Positions 53,150-64,000 of a stretch of DNA of 64,000 nucleotides are shown here, piece after piece. The notes under the pieces were generated by a model, which did no database searches, was not told the origin of the DNA, and saw only the letters and a program-made list of their open reading frames with translations. This DNA comes from Neocallimastix sp. 'constans' (lineage: Eukaryota), in NCBI GenBank assembly GCA_050613775.1, contig JBODTK010000116.1, forward strand, positions 248,001 to 312,000, read 5' to 3'. Every line of letters begins with the position of its first letter. Position 1 is the first letter of the stretch. The position numbers and the translations under genes are program-made.

Positions 53150-53700
53150 AAAAATAAATATTATTTGTCTAATTTGAACACAGTAATATTTAGAATATTA
53201 ATGTGAATTAAAAAAGTAATATTCAAAATAAAGTGTATAAATAAATTCAGAAAAATTAGGGCTTGAGTTGATAATATGAAAGAAATTATGGTCTTCTCCT
53301 TCCTTCTTCTTCAGAGGCATTGACGAACTCCTTTCTTAATATTATATGATTTCCGATAATTGTCCTTAACTCTTACACAAGCCTTGGAAGATAAGTATAA
53401 TTTTTCAATAAAATTAGAGCACTTACCTCTAATACCTAAGTGATGAATTTTCATTAATAAATTATAAATGGGCATTTGAGTCATACGCTTTTTTTAAGGT
53501 CCAAAAAAAAGCAAGGTATTTTTTTTTTTTTTTTTTTTAACGGCAGCAAACTTGTTTCATCTTTATTAATAAAAAGCAAGGTAGGTATCCTTATTTTCAA
53601 AATTTTTACTATAATATTAGTCATGATGCTATTATTTTCACTATCACTCATATTAATATTCCTATTTTCTCTATACTTTTTAATATTGGACAATATATAT
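53150..53700 (-). mobile_element. Rearranged LINE fragment (3'-region piece, RT piece, 3' end)
   Basis: Minus strand: Asn-rich ENRNINMSDSENNSI (matches 58.0 kb); then ENKDTYLAF..DLKKAYDS.PIYNLLMKIHHLGIRGKCSNFIEKLYLSSKACVRV...NIKKGVRQ (matches 1-140); then CAATGCCTCTGAAGAAG and the 3' UTR. Confidence 0.85.
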
Positions 53701-53919
53701 TATATAATATTTATTGAATGATTGCATTAATTTTTTGTCCTATCTGTTTATTAATGAAAATTGATAATTAACACTCATATATACAATAAATATAAATGAA
53801 GAAAACTAAAAAAAAAACATAATTTTAAACAACACATTTAGAAGAATAAATCAAAACTTTTATTTTAATTTTTAAATATAAAATAAGTTATTTATTATTT
53901 TATTAATAGATGAATATTT

Positions 53920-53987
53920 TTTTTTTTTATGTAATCATTATTTTTTAATATATAATAATTATAAAATTATATATAAAAAAAAAAAAA

Positions 53988-54021
<34 letters not shown>

Positions 54022-54262
54022 TTATTTTACATTTATAAACATATTAAATTTAATTATTATATGTATTAATAAGTATGTATTAATAAGTATGAGTAAAAAT
54101 GATATATTAATATAAATGATATATGATAATAATTAATAATAAAAATATATTAATAAATTTAATATTACTTTTATAAATAGTTGATTATTTTTTTTATGTA
54201 ATTACTATTTTTAATATATAATATTTATAAATAATATAAAAAAAAAAAGGGATTTTTTTTTC

Positions 54263-54296
<34 letters not shown>

Positions 54297-54432
54297 TATA
54301 TTATTTTATATTCATAAACATATTAATTTTAATTGCTATATTTTTAATAAGTATGAATAAAAATGATATATACTAACATATATATGATATGATAATAATT
54401 AATAATAAAAAATTATTAATAAATTTAATAAT
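53920..54432. repeat. About 260-bp diverged tandem duplication
   Basis: TTTTTATGTAAT...ATAAACATATTAA...ATATGATAATAATTAATAATAAAAA...AATAAATTTAATA occurs twice. Confidence 0.75.
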
Positions 54433-54908
54433 ATTTAAATAGGAATATAAATAACTGTTAATCATTATATAATTATATAATAGATTAGAAATGAATAAAT
54501 ACATTTATTTTTTTCTTTTTTCCTTTTTTTTTTTTTTTAGTTTGATAAATATAACTTTAATTTTATGAATTATTATAAATATACGAATTTGTTGTAATTA
54601 TTATTTTACTGTTAATTGTTTTAATATTATTTTCTTAATAATAAAAATGAATTTTTTAATATTATTATTTTTAATTATTAATTTATTATTATTATTATTA
54701 TTTTCTTTAAACAAAGAAATAATAATACAATTATATATAAATTAATAATTAAATACCTTTTTTTTTTTTTTAAAAAAAAAATAAAATAATATTATGTATT
54801 CAAATAGACAAGAGAAAAAATATATTTTTATATATTTTTATTGCGTTGAGACGGATTAATATTCAAGTGCGTAAGTTTTTTTTAATGCGATTAGTTATTA
54901 ATTATTTT

Positions 54909-55976
54909 TTAAACTAACATGCTTTGTGAATGAACAATTTCTACTTCATTTGGTACTTCCTGTTTTGATCTTTTAACCCATAAGAAAATACCAGCAACTG
55001 CAGCAGCGATAGATCCAGTAATAACAGCTGGAGCACTACTAGTAGTATTAGTCATATCATTATCATTAGATTGATCTGCTTCAGCTTTACTATCTAAATT
55101 ATCAATTGCTTTTTTATTTTCTTCTTTATCTTCATCACCATAGTCATCAGAATCTTCATTACTTTCTTCTGCTTCTTTTAAGATATCAGTTTTACTTTCT
55201 TTAGTTTCATCTTCTTCATCTGAATTTTCATCAATAGTAATAACTTTTGTAATGATAGTTGTTTCCTTTTCAATTGGTTTAGCTGAAGAGGTCTTTGGTT
55301 CAACTGTAATTTGTTCATCACTTAGTTTTGAGTCTTTTTCAACTTCTTGTGAAATTTCTTCTTCTGAGGTTTCTTTTTTAGTTTCCTCTTCAGATACTTC
55401 CTTATCAGATTCTTCTTTTTCAGATTCCTCTTCTTCTTTTAATTTAAGATCCTCTTCATCTTCTACACCACTTGTCTTATCATCTTCAGGAATGGTACTT
55501 TCAATATCAGATTCATTGCCTGATTCCTCTTCTTCTTTTGGTATAATATTCTCTTCATCTTCAGGAATGGCACTTTCAATATCAGATTCAATGTCTGATT
55601 CCTCTTCTTCTTTTGGTATAAGATCCTCTTCATCTTCAGGAATGGCACTTTCAATATCAGATTCAATGCCTGATTCCTCTTCTTCTTTTGGTATAAGATC
55701 CTCTTCATCTTCAGGAATGGCACTTTCAATATCAGATTCAATGCCTGATTCCTCTTCTTTTGGTATAAGATCCTTTTCATCTTCTACACTACTTGTCTTA
55801 TCATCTTCAGGAATGATACTTTCAATATCAGATTCAATGCCTGATTCAATACTAGATTCAATACTATCAGTATTTAATTCAACAATGTCACTTACTTCAC
55901 CATTATCAAGCTTTGCATTATTAGCAAAAGCAAAAGAAATAGCAGCAGCAAAAATTAAAGTTAATTGAAATTTCAT
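54909..55976 (-). CDS. Secreted, highly acidic repeat-containing type-I membrane protein
   Basis: Signal peptide; five ESGIESDIESAIPEDEEDLIPKEEE-type repeats (75-bp core unit); TM AVITGSIAAAVAGIFLWV followed by KRSK. 355 aa. Confidence 0.88.
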   Translation of the reverse strand: MKFQLTLIFAAAISFAFANNAKLDNGEVSDIVELNTDSIESSIESGIESDIESIIPEDDKTSSVEDEKDLIPKEEESGIESDIESAIPEDEEDLIPKEEEESGIESDIESAIPEDEEDLIPKEEEESDIESDIESAIPEDEENIIPKEEEESGNESDIESTIPEDDKTSGVEDEEDLKLKEEEESEKEESDKEVSEEETKKETSEEEISQEVEKDSKLSDEQITVEPKTSSAKPIEKETTIITKVITIDENSDEEDETKESKTDILKEAEESNEDSDDYGDEDKEENKKAIDNLDSKAEADQSNDNDMTNTTSSAPAVITGSIAAAVAGIFLWVKRSKQEVPNEVEIVHSQSMLV

Positions 55977-57869
55977 TTTTTTAAAATTATTATTTTTTTA
56001 TTAAAAATAAATATCTTGTATTTATTTAATTTAATTTACTGAATTTATTTTTTCTAAAAAAATATATATATTTATATATAATAAAATTACTTATTAATAC
56101 TATTTTGCAATATTATTTATATTTCTTTTTACTATTATATTTATTCAAATATAAATTATTTTAAAATTTATAAATTTTTATTAATAAAATAAAAAAAATT
56201 TAAAATAAAAAAATTAAAAGAAAATTTAATAGTTTTTATATTATATTTTTTTTAAAAAAAAAAAAAGAAAAAAGGAAAAAAATTTTTTTTAAGAAACTTC
56301 TCACCTCCTTTTTTTTTTTTTCACTTATTAATTATATTAATAATACTAAATGACAAATTAAATTTTATTAAAAGTAAAACAAAATTAAGTTATTAATATG
56401 GTTGTTCTACAAAAAAAGAAAGAGTTTTCTTTATACCAAATTAGGAAATAAAGAAAAAAATTTTGAACTAATGATTTTCTTTGATAAAATCATTTGAATA
56501 TTAATAATAAACTAAAATACAATAAATAAATATATAAATAAATAAATAATAAGTAAATAAGTATATATTTATATAAATAAAATTTATAATAAATTTATAA
56601 TGATTTAAAATAGAAAAATAAACATATATCAATAAAAGTAAATAAATAAATAAATAAATAAATATATAATATAATTATATATATAAAAACCATTTAAAAT
56701 TTTTTTAAATATATTATTATTATTAATATATATTTCAAAAAATGTTAAATAATTTTTTTTTTTTATTATTTTCATAAAAATATTATATTTAATATAAAAA
56801 ATATTAATAAGTTTTCTTTTTATAAAAAAAAAATTTTTTCCTATATTAATTATGTATATTTCTTCTTACAGAAATATTATGTAATGCACTATAATATATT
56901 ATTATATATTATTATTTATAACTAAATACAATACTGTATTTAAATTAAAATTGACAAGATCTCTAAATTAATTTATTATCTACATTTATTATTTAGACTA
57001 CAATGTATGAATTTACATTTATTAATTAAAATAAAAAAAAAAGAAATTCTTAAAATGTAAATGTTTAATTTATTTTATTGGTTAAATACGGTTAAATACA
57101 ATAAATGTAATATACTTAATATTTGTATATAATTAAATAAAGTATATTTTTTAAAAAAAAATGTTTCAGTTAATATTGCCACGAAATTTAAAGTATATTA
57201 AATATATTTTTAAAAAAAAATGTTATATAATGAATATATGTTTAGTTATTTACTATTACTACCTTTTTTATATAAATACATAATAATTTATATAATTATT
57301 TATTAATATAATAATTATTAATAAAATAATTATTAATATTTTAATAATTATTATTAGTGATATATTGTTTATGTTTTTAATATATATAAACAACATACAT
57401 CACTAATAATATTTACGTATTATTATATTAAATAATTAATAAATACATTCATGGCATTATATATAAATTTGATAAAAAATATGTTTAGCAACATATTTGT
57501 ATATTTGAATATTTATATATTTAGATATTAAATCTTTTTAAATTATTATAGTTATATGATTAATATAATAGTTTATATTATTTATATATTATTCATATTA
57601 AAATAATATATTATATTTATTTATAATAATTATATATAATTATTATTTTATCATATAATTAATATTATTCTTTTTCTTGTTTTGTTTTTCTTTGGTAGAA
57701 ATAAATATTTGTAATAATAAAATATTAATAAAATTTATTAATAACAAAAATACACTGATTAAACCAGCTAAAACATAAAGAATATCATATTAAAACATAT
57801 ATCACGTGAATATATTTATTACATATATACAAGTGATACAAAATATTTAAAGGATTACTACCTAAATTT

Positions 57870-58665
57870 ATTTAGTATTAATGGTAGTATAAATATCTTT
57901 GTCGAAAATTTTAGACCAGTTACAGATTCTAATAGTAGTAATGTAGTATATAGTATTAATAATAATAACAATAGAAATAATAATGCTAATAATAGTAGTA
58001 TTAGTGGTAGTGAAAATAGGAATATTAATATTGGTAATAGTGAAAATAATAGTATCGTCACTAATAACGTAGTGAATAATTCAATTGGTGAAAATAGTGT
58101 TAATATTAGTAATTTTCTGAATAATGAGTGTATAAATAAATATGTAACCTGGTACCGATTATATAACTTCCTTCTTGATGGAAGAGATGCAGACGTTATT
58201 GATTTAAATTATAAAAAAGAATGGGATGTTTTATTTAATAAACAAATCATTTCTGGTGATTATTTAAAAATGTCATTCTTGGTGGGATCTGTGACTCTCT
58301 TTACAGAAATTGTGCTTAGGACTAGTATTCAACAAGAATTGCTATTCCGAGAGTATAAGCGCAAACTAACCAGGATGGTCAACGTTGAAAATTCAGTAAG
58401 ACAGGCTAGTTGAGCCAATGCCTCTGAAGGAGAAGATCATAATTTCCATAATTTCTTTCAGATAGTCATTTCAAACACTAATTCTGAAAAAAAAAATATC
58501 TTTAAACAGAAATATTATAATCTGGATGTAAGGTTCGTTGCTTATGAACTTTTTTCTGAATTCATTTATACATTTTATTTATAATATTACTTTTATTTCA
58601 CATTACTATTTTAAATATTATTATGTTCAAATTTGACCAATAATATTTATTTTTTTATTAATTGC

Positions 58666-58720
<55 letters not shown>

Positions 58721-58790
58721 TATTCATGTAATTACTAAATTAATAAATAAATAAAGTTAAACTTCACAATAATTGTAGCTGTAAAAATAA
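57870..58790 (+). mobile_element. LINE 3' end, best-preserved copy (ORF2 C-terminus and 3' UTR)
   Basis: Reading frame ...NSIGENSVNISNFLNNECINKYVTWYRLYNFLLDGRDAD...RQAS* is homologous at DNA level to copies at 0.6, 20.4 and 53.2 kb. Ends GCTGTAAAAA like copy 1. The LINE assignment rests on linkage to RT sequence in two of the other copies. Confidence 0.78.
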
Positions 58791-58794
58791 ATAT

Positions 58795-60565
58795 GGAATC
58801 TTGTTATATATATAACAATAGTGTGTGTTCTTTATAGCAAAATTCCAATAATATTTCTAATAATTTAGCCCAATACATATGTGTATTTTCATAATTTCTA
58901 AGGGTATTTTTAATTTTATTTGGCTTTTCATTTATTTTTGGGCAGTATGGAAGAGAATATACCTTTTTAATGCCATTTTCTTTACAATTATTTATTTACT
59001 TTATTGTTTTTATATTCTTTTTCTCTATTAAATTTTAATATTTTTATTGTAGAATCTTTGAATTGATTATTTAAATAAGTAAAGAATTCTATTATATAGG
59101 TCTGGGTATATAGGTAAATTACTTTGATAAAAATGGACTAATCTTCATGTCATATTTCAATACTTTTTCAATCTAGTTTTTCTATATGCATGATATCATT
59201 TCCTATTGTTTTTGTATTATTGAAGTTTTTTTGTTTTTAATAGGAAATCAATTTAGACAATAAGAAAGTACTTAGATTATTTTTTATTCCTATCCCATAA
59301 TTCAATTTTGCCATTTAATTATTGGAGTCATTAATGATATAAACCCTGATTTTGAAAGGTCTACATTATTAATAAGATTTTTGTGATCATTTTTAGAAAA
59401 TAAAACTTTTTCTGCTGGCATTATCAAAGAAGTCGTCACTTATGGTGTATTTCAAAGTATTTTAATTGTTATAATTATTGTAGTTTCTTGAATTTTCAAA
59501 GTAATTCAATGATTTCTTTTCTTGTTGTTGGTATTACCTCCCTTTGCTATTATAATGTTGAATTTTAATGTTATTTCTTCCGTTTTTTGAAACTAAAATG
59601 ACATTCTTTTGTGAAATGTCCACTCAAATCACATGTATAACAATAAATATTATTATCCTTCTTATTATATCTATATTTATTTTTATTATTGCTATTAAAA
59701 TTAGAAAGCTTTTTGTTTAATTTTAAAGTTCTTATTCCTCTTGCAAAGGTAATAAATATTCATAGGATTATCATCTTTATCTTTTTCTTTAATACCATTT
59801 CAATTTTCTACATATGATCTTGCTAAGATAATTCTTTAAAGAGCTTCTAAGTATTCATCTGGATTACTGTTTAAGTTGAAATGAAAAATATTTTTGTAAT
59901 CATTAATAAGAATGTTATATAGATAATTTAATTTCTCCTTACTTGTAATACCTAATTCAGTTTCTTCCATTTCTGTGAAGATTTCCTTTAATTAGTCTAA
60001 TTACCTTGTTTTTATTTTTTAGCTTAAACTTCTGTGTCTTTTAAGCCAGTATTCCATTATCATCATTGTTGTTACTGTATTTTCCCCTTGAGCCTTTCCA
60101 TAATATGATAAACTGAAAGTAAGACGACTTGTCTTCTTTAAGTTTTTTTTGTCAATATTTTTACTAATCATTAACATCAATTTAATATCAATTTTCTCAG
60201 CCTCTTTGATAATTAGTCTTTTGGTTCTATTATCCAATAATGGATTTAATGCATTATTGATAACAACCGCTGATATATTATTGTTAAAAGCAGGTGGTGT
60301 ATTATTGTTTATAAATGCTTTTACAAAATTGCTGTTTTGATCTGGGATTGGAAAGTTTAAGTTAGTAATAATGTCCGTAATGGTCATATTGGTGGCATCA
60401 TTACGGTTTAGAATGTAAATAAAGATTTCATCATTTAAACAACCAATAATATTATCTTTAAAAAATTTTTTATATCATACGTTTTGGCAGTATTTGAAAT
60501 AAGAAACTTCCATTTGTTGAAGTTGGACTTTCCTTGAATTCTTTGGTCTTTAGTTAAAGTAGTTT
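58795..60565 (-). mobile_element. Ty1/Copia LTR retrotransposon remnant (gag, zinc knuckle, integrase), degenerate
   Basis: Minus strand: QGKSNFNKWKFLI and SAYHIMERLKGKY (gag); CYTCDLSGHFTKEC (CX2CX4HX4C, about 59600-59642); CKENGIKKVYSLPYCPKINEK...TL...WAKLLENYWNFA...YNKIP (integrase core end). No LTR was identified. Confidence 0.87.
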
Positions 60566-61107
60566 CTAAAAACAAATAACACTAAATATTTAAAAGAATT
60601 GTTAACATAATTTTATAAAACGTGAAATAAACGTTTTAAATAAATTACATAATACATAAATATTAATACACTTTAATAAATTATATAATAAATAAATATA
60701 TTAAATAATATGAATAAATAAATAGTATAATTAATATGTAATAATCAATTATTATTATTATTATTAAGAGGGATCAATATAGAAATAATCCGTTATACAC
60801 TTTAATAATAATAATAATAATTAATAGAATATTATTTCTTTTAAATCATTTGATATGTCATTATTTTTCTTTTAAAAATTATTTGTCCTTTTATGTGATA
60901 ACTTTTAGGTATAAATGTATTTTAATTTTAAAATTATAATAAAATAATATGAAAAGTGTGATTTATTTATTTTAATATATATGTTTTATTATTATTATTA
61001 TTATTACTATTATTTTTTAATTTATTTTTTATTATAAAAATATGAAATTAAACTTCCAATAAATGTATTATATTAATATGAGCTTAATTATCGAAGATAT
61101 TACAAAT

Positions 61108-61129
61108 TAATAATTATAATAATAATAAT

Positions 61130-61199
<70 letters not shown>

Positions 61200-61220
61200 G
61201 TAATAGTAATGATAATAATA
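61108..61220. repeat. (AAT)n microsatellite
   Basis: Long AAT run. Confidence 0.95.
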
Positions 61221-62343
61221 TCAATATTAATGGAAAATAAGTAAATTAAAAAGTATAATTAAAAAAAAAATTTAAAAAAATTAAAAAGAAAATGAAATAA
61301 ATATTATCCATTTTAAATAATATTTTTGAAATTATTATATTACCATTAAAAGTACAATGATTAATAATATATTTTAAATATTTTAATATTTTATATTAAA
61401 TATAATACCTTTGATTAAAATTAATAAATATTTAAAAGTGAAGTAGTGAATAGTAATTAAATAAGTATATATTTTAAACAATAATAAAAAAAAATATTAT
61501 ATCAATTGTAAATAAGATATAATAATTGGTTTAATCATATTTAGCATAAAGAAAATATTAAATTATGGTGATAATTTGATAATTTGTGAGTATTTCTATT
61601 TACTAATGGAGGAAAAACTTAATTTATTTGTGGTTAAAATCAAATATTTTTATTGGTGAAGGGAAAATTATTATATATTGATAATGATTAATAACTATTT
61701 TTATTGGTGTAAATAATGCTATTATTTATTAAAATTAAAAATAAATATTCCTATTGGTATAAGGAATATTACTTACTAACTTAATAAAATTATATCCCAT
61801 TGATAATATTATAATTAATGTTTTTTTTATATATTAAACTTATCATATAATAAAGTTAATAGTAAAAAGATATTTAAAAATTAAAATTTTAAAAATAAAT
61901 ATAAAAATTTATTAAATAAACAATTATATAAATAATTTCAAAACCAATTAAATCAAAATTAAATAAATAAATAAAAAAATGATATTTATAATAAATCAAA
62001 AAATATATATATATAAAATTTAAAATATTTTAAAAAATAAATATAAAAATATAATAAATGAATAAATATACAATGTATATTAATTAAATTTTTAAAATAT
62101 TTCAAAACTAATTAAATTAATAACAAATGAATAAAAAACCGAAAGAAAAAAAGAAAAAAAATAAAAATTAAGTAAAAAAAAATAATTGTTTGATTTTAAT
62201 ATTATAATTATTAAATTTAATTTGTCATTAAAATAATTTTTATTACTTATTTTAATAAGTATTAAATATTATATGAAATATATATAAATTAAAAAAAAAA
62301 AGAGTATGATAAAATATAAAATATTTTTATAATATGCGTTAAT

Positions 62344-62389
<46 letters not shown>

Positions 62390-63095
62390 AATATATTAAA
62401 AAAACAAAAAATAAAAAAAAATAAAATAAATAAAATTAAAAATACAAATGAAATATATTACCAATAAAAATTTTGTAATTTATAAAAATATATTGATAAT
62501 ATATAATCGGAAAAAAAATAAAATACAAAGAAATAAAAATGAATAAAATAAAATTAATTACTAAAAAATAATAAAAATAGAATAAGCAATTATATAAAAG
62601 AATTTACATTCCAAATAGTAAATTAAATCATATTATAAATGGGAATGATAAATATCTTTGATACTCAAATTTTTACATATAATCTTAATATCTTTAAATA
62701 ATAATAAGAAAAAAAAGTTTATTTATATTAAAAAAAAAAAAAAAAAATTAATAAAACACAAATAAAAATTATTTTATATATATTAAATTTTAATATTATA
62801 TAAACTTTATAATAATAATAATTAACATTTAAATTAAATGGTAAAAGTTAATATATAAATTTAATCCCTTTTTTTTTTAAACATTTGTTTTCCTTATAGA
62901 GCAATTTCCATAATAACTTTAATATAAATAAAAAAAAAAATTAATATTAATCTAAATGGTTTATCTGAAATTAGCATTAACATAAAAATAATAAAGATGA
63001 ATTAAGAAAATAATAAATAATGCATAATATAATGAAAGAATATTAATATTAATATATATATATTAATAATTTATAAAATTTATATTAATTGTAAG

Positions 63096-63128
<33 letters not shown>

Positions 63129-63223
63129 AAATGTTACTTTGAATATCAAAAGAAAAGTACAATCTTAATTAAAATTTTTAAAATATATAAATTAATATAA
63201 TACAGAAAAAATATATTAAACTT

Positions 63224-63259
<36 letters not shown>

Positions 63260-64000
63260 CGAGAGAAAAATTCACAAAAAATTTAAAAAATTTTTTTATA
63301 TGAAAAAGAAGTTAAAAATAAAATAGTTTTCTATATAGTATAGCAATACATATATATACAGAAAACTTAATTAAAGATGTATATTTAATATAAAATATTT
63401 TATGATATTATATTATTAAATATTATTATATTTAGACCTCTTTTTTTTTTTTTTTTCCAGTTTTTGTACATGTGTTAAATAATAATAATATATAAATTTT
63501 TATATATAAAAACTCTTTAATAATAAATAATTAATTCAAGTTGATTCATAATAAATAAATTCAAAAATATTTTTTAAATTATATTTAAATGAACGATTAT
63601 GTATAATCTAAACGAAAAATATTTGAAAGCCTTATTGTATAAAATCAATAAAAAAAGATAATCATTAATGAAAAAATATAAATAATTATTAATTTTCAAA
63701 TAACTATATTGTGTTGTAATATAATATATATTACTTAAAAGATTTATATCATTAAAATAATAAAGAAAAAAAAAAAGAATAAAAAAGAAAAAAAATTTAT
63801 TATTTTTTATAAAAATTTAAAAAGGTTATCATTTTATATATATATATATATATGTATATTTTTTTTTTTCTTTTAAATTGTCATACATATAATATATTGT
63901 GAAATAACGTTATTATATTTAAACAGATGTATTTATGAAAGTATATTTAATATAAAAAAAATATTTACTACCAAATAATAATAATATTTACTACCAAATC

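Noticed and set aside
55252..55968. 238-aa Ser-rich antisense ORF and 105-aa alternative-frame ORF
   Set aside because: Shadows of the acidic repeat gene, which has the signal peptide and TM anchor.
1..64000. tRNA, rRNA or other structured RNA genes
   Set aside because: No GC-rich cloverleaf or rRNA-like segment was seen by eye; tRNAscan-SE or Infernal would be needed to exclude them.

Overview
Extremely AT-rich, homopolymer-rich eukaryotic DNA. It is almost certainly from an anaerobic gut fungus (Neocallimastigomycota), given the tandem fungal dockerins on a CotH protein and a CE6 esterase with CBM1. Intact genes are sparse: a 2-exon multipass membrane protein, a CE6 acetylxylan esterase-CBM1, a CotH kinase with two dockerins, an ankyrin-repeat protein, a bacterial-like alpha/beta hydrolase, a 5-exon gene with a 5-nt microexon that the ORF track misses, and two secreted type-I membrane proteins sharing a C-terminal anchor motif. 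A Cys-rich secreted gene is frameshifted. The intergenic space holds mobile-element fossils: four pieces of one LINE family (one scrambled), two Copia remnants, two Mutator (MULE) transposase remnants, and MITE-like derivatives with 15-bp-repeat TIRs. The most unusual signal is at about 12.4-13.2 kb: a frameshifted fossil of a fused guanylyltransferase/guanine-N7-methyltransferase mRNA capping enzyme. That architecture is typical of cytoplasmic DNA viruses and yeast cytoplasmic linear plasmids, not of fungal nuclear genes. Other decayed, unassigned ORFs lie next to it. All calls come from manual translation and motif recognition; no database searches were run.
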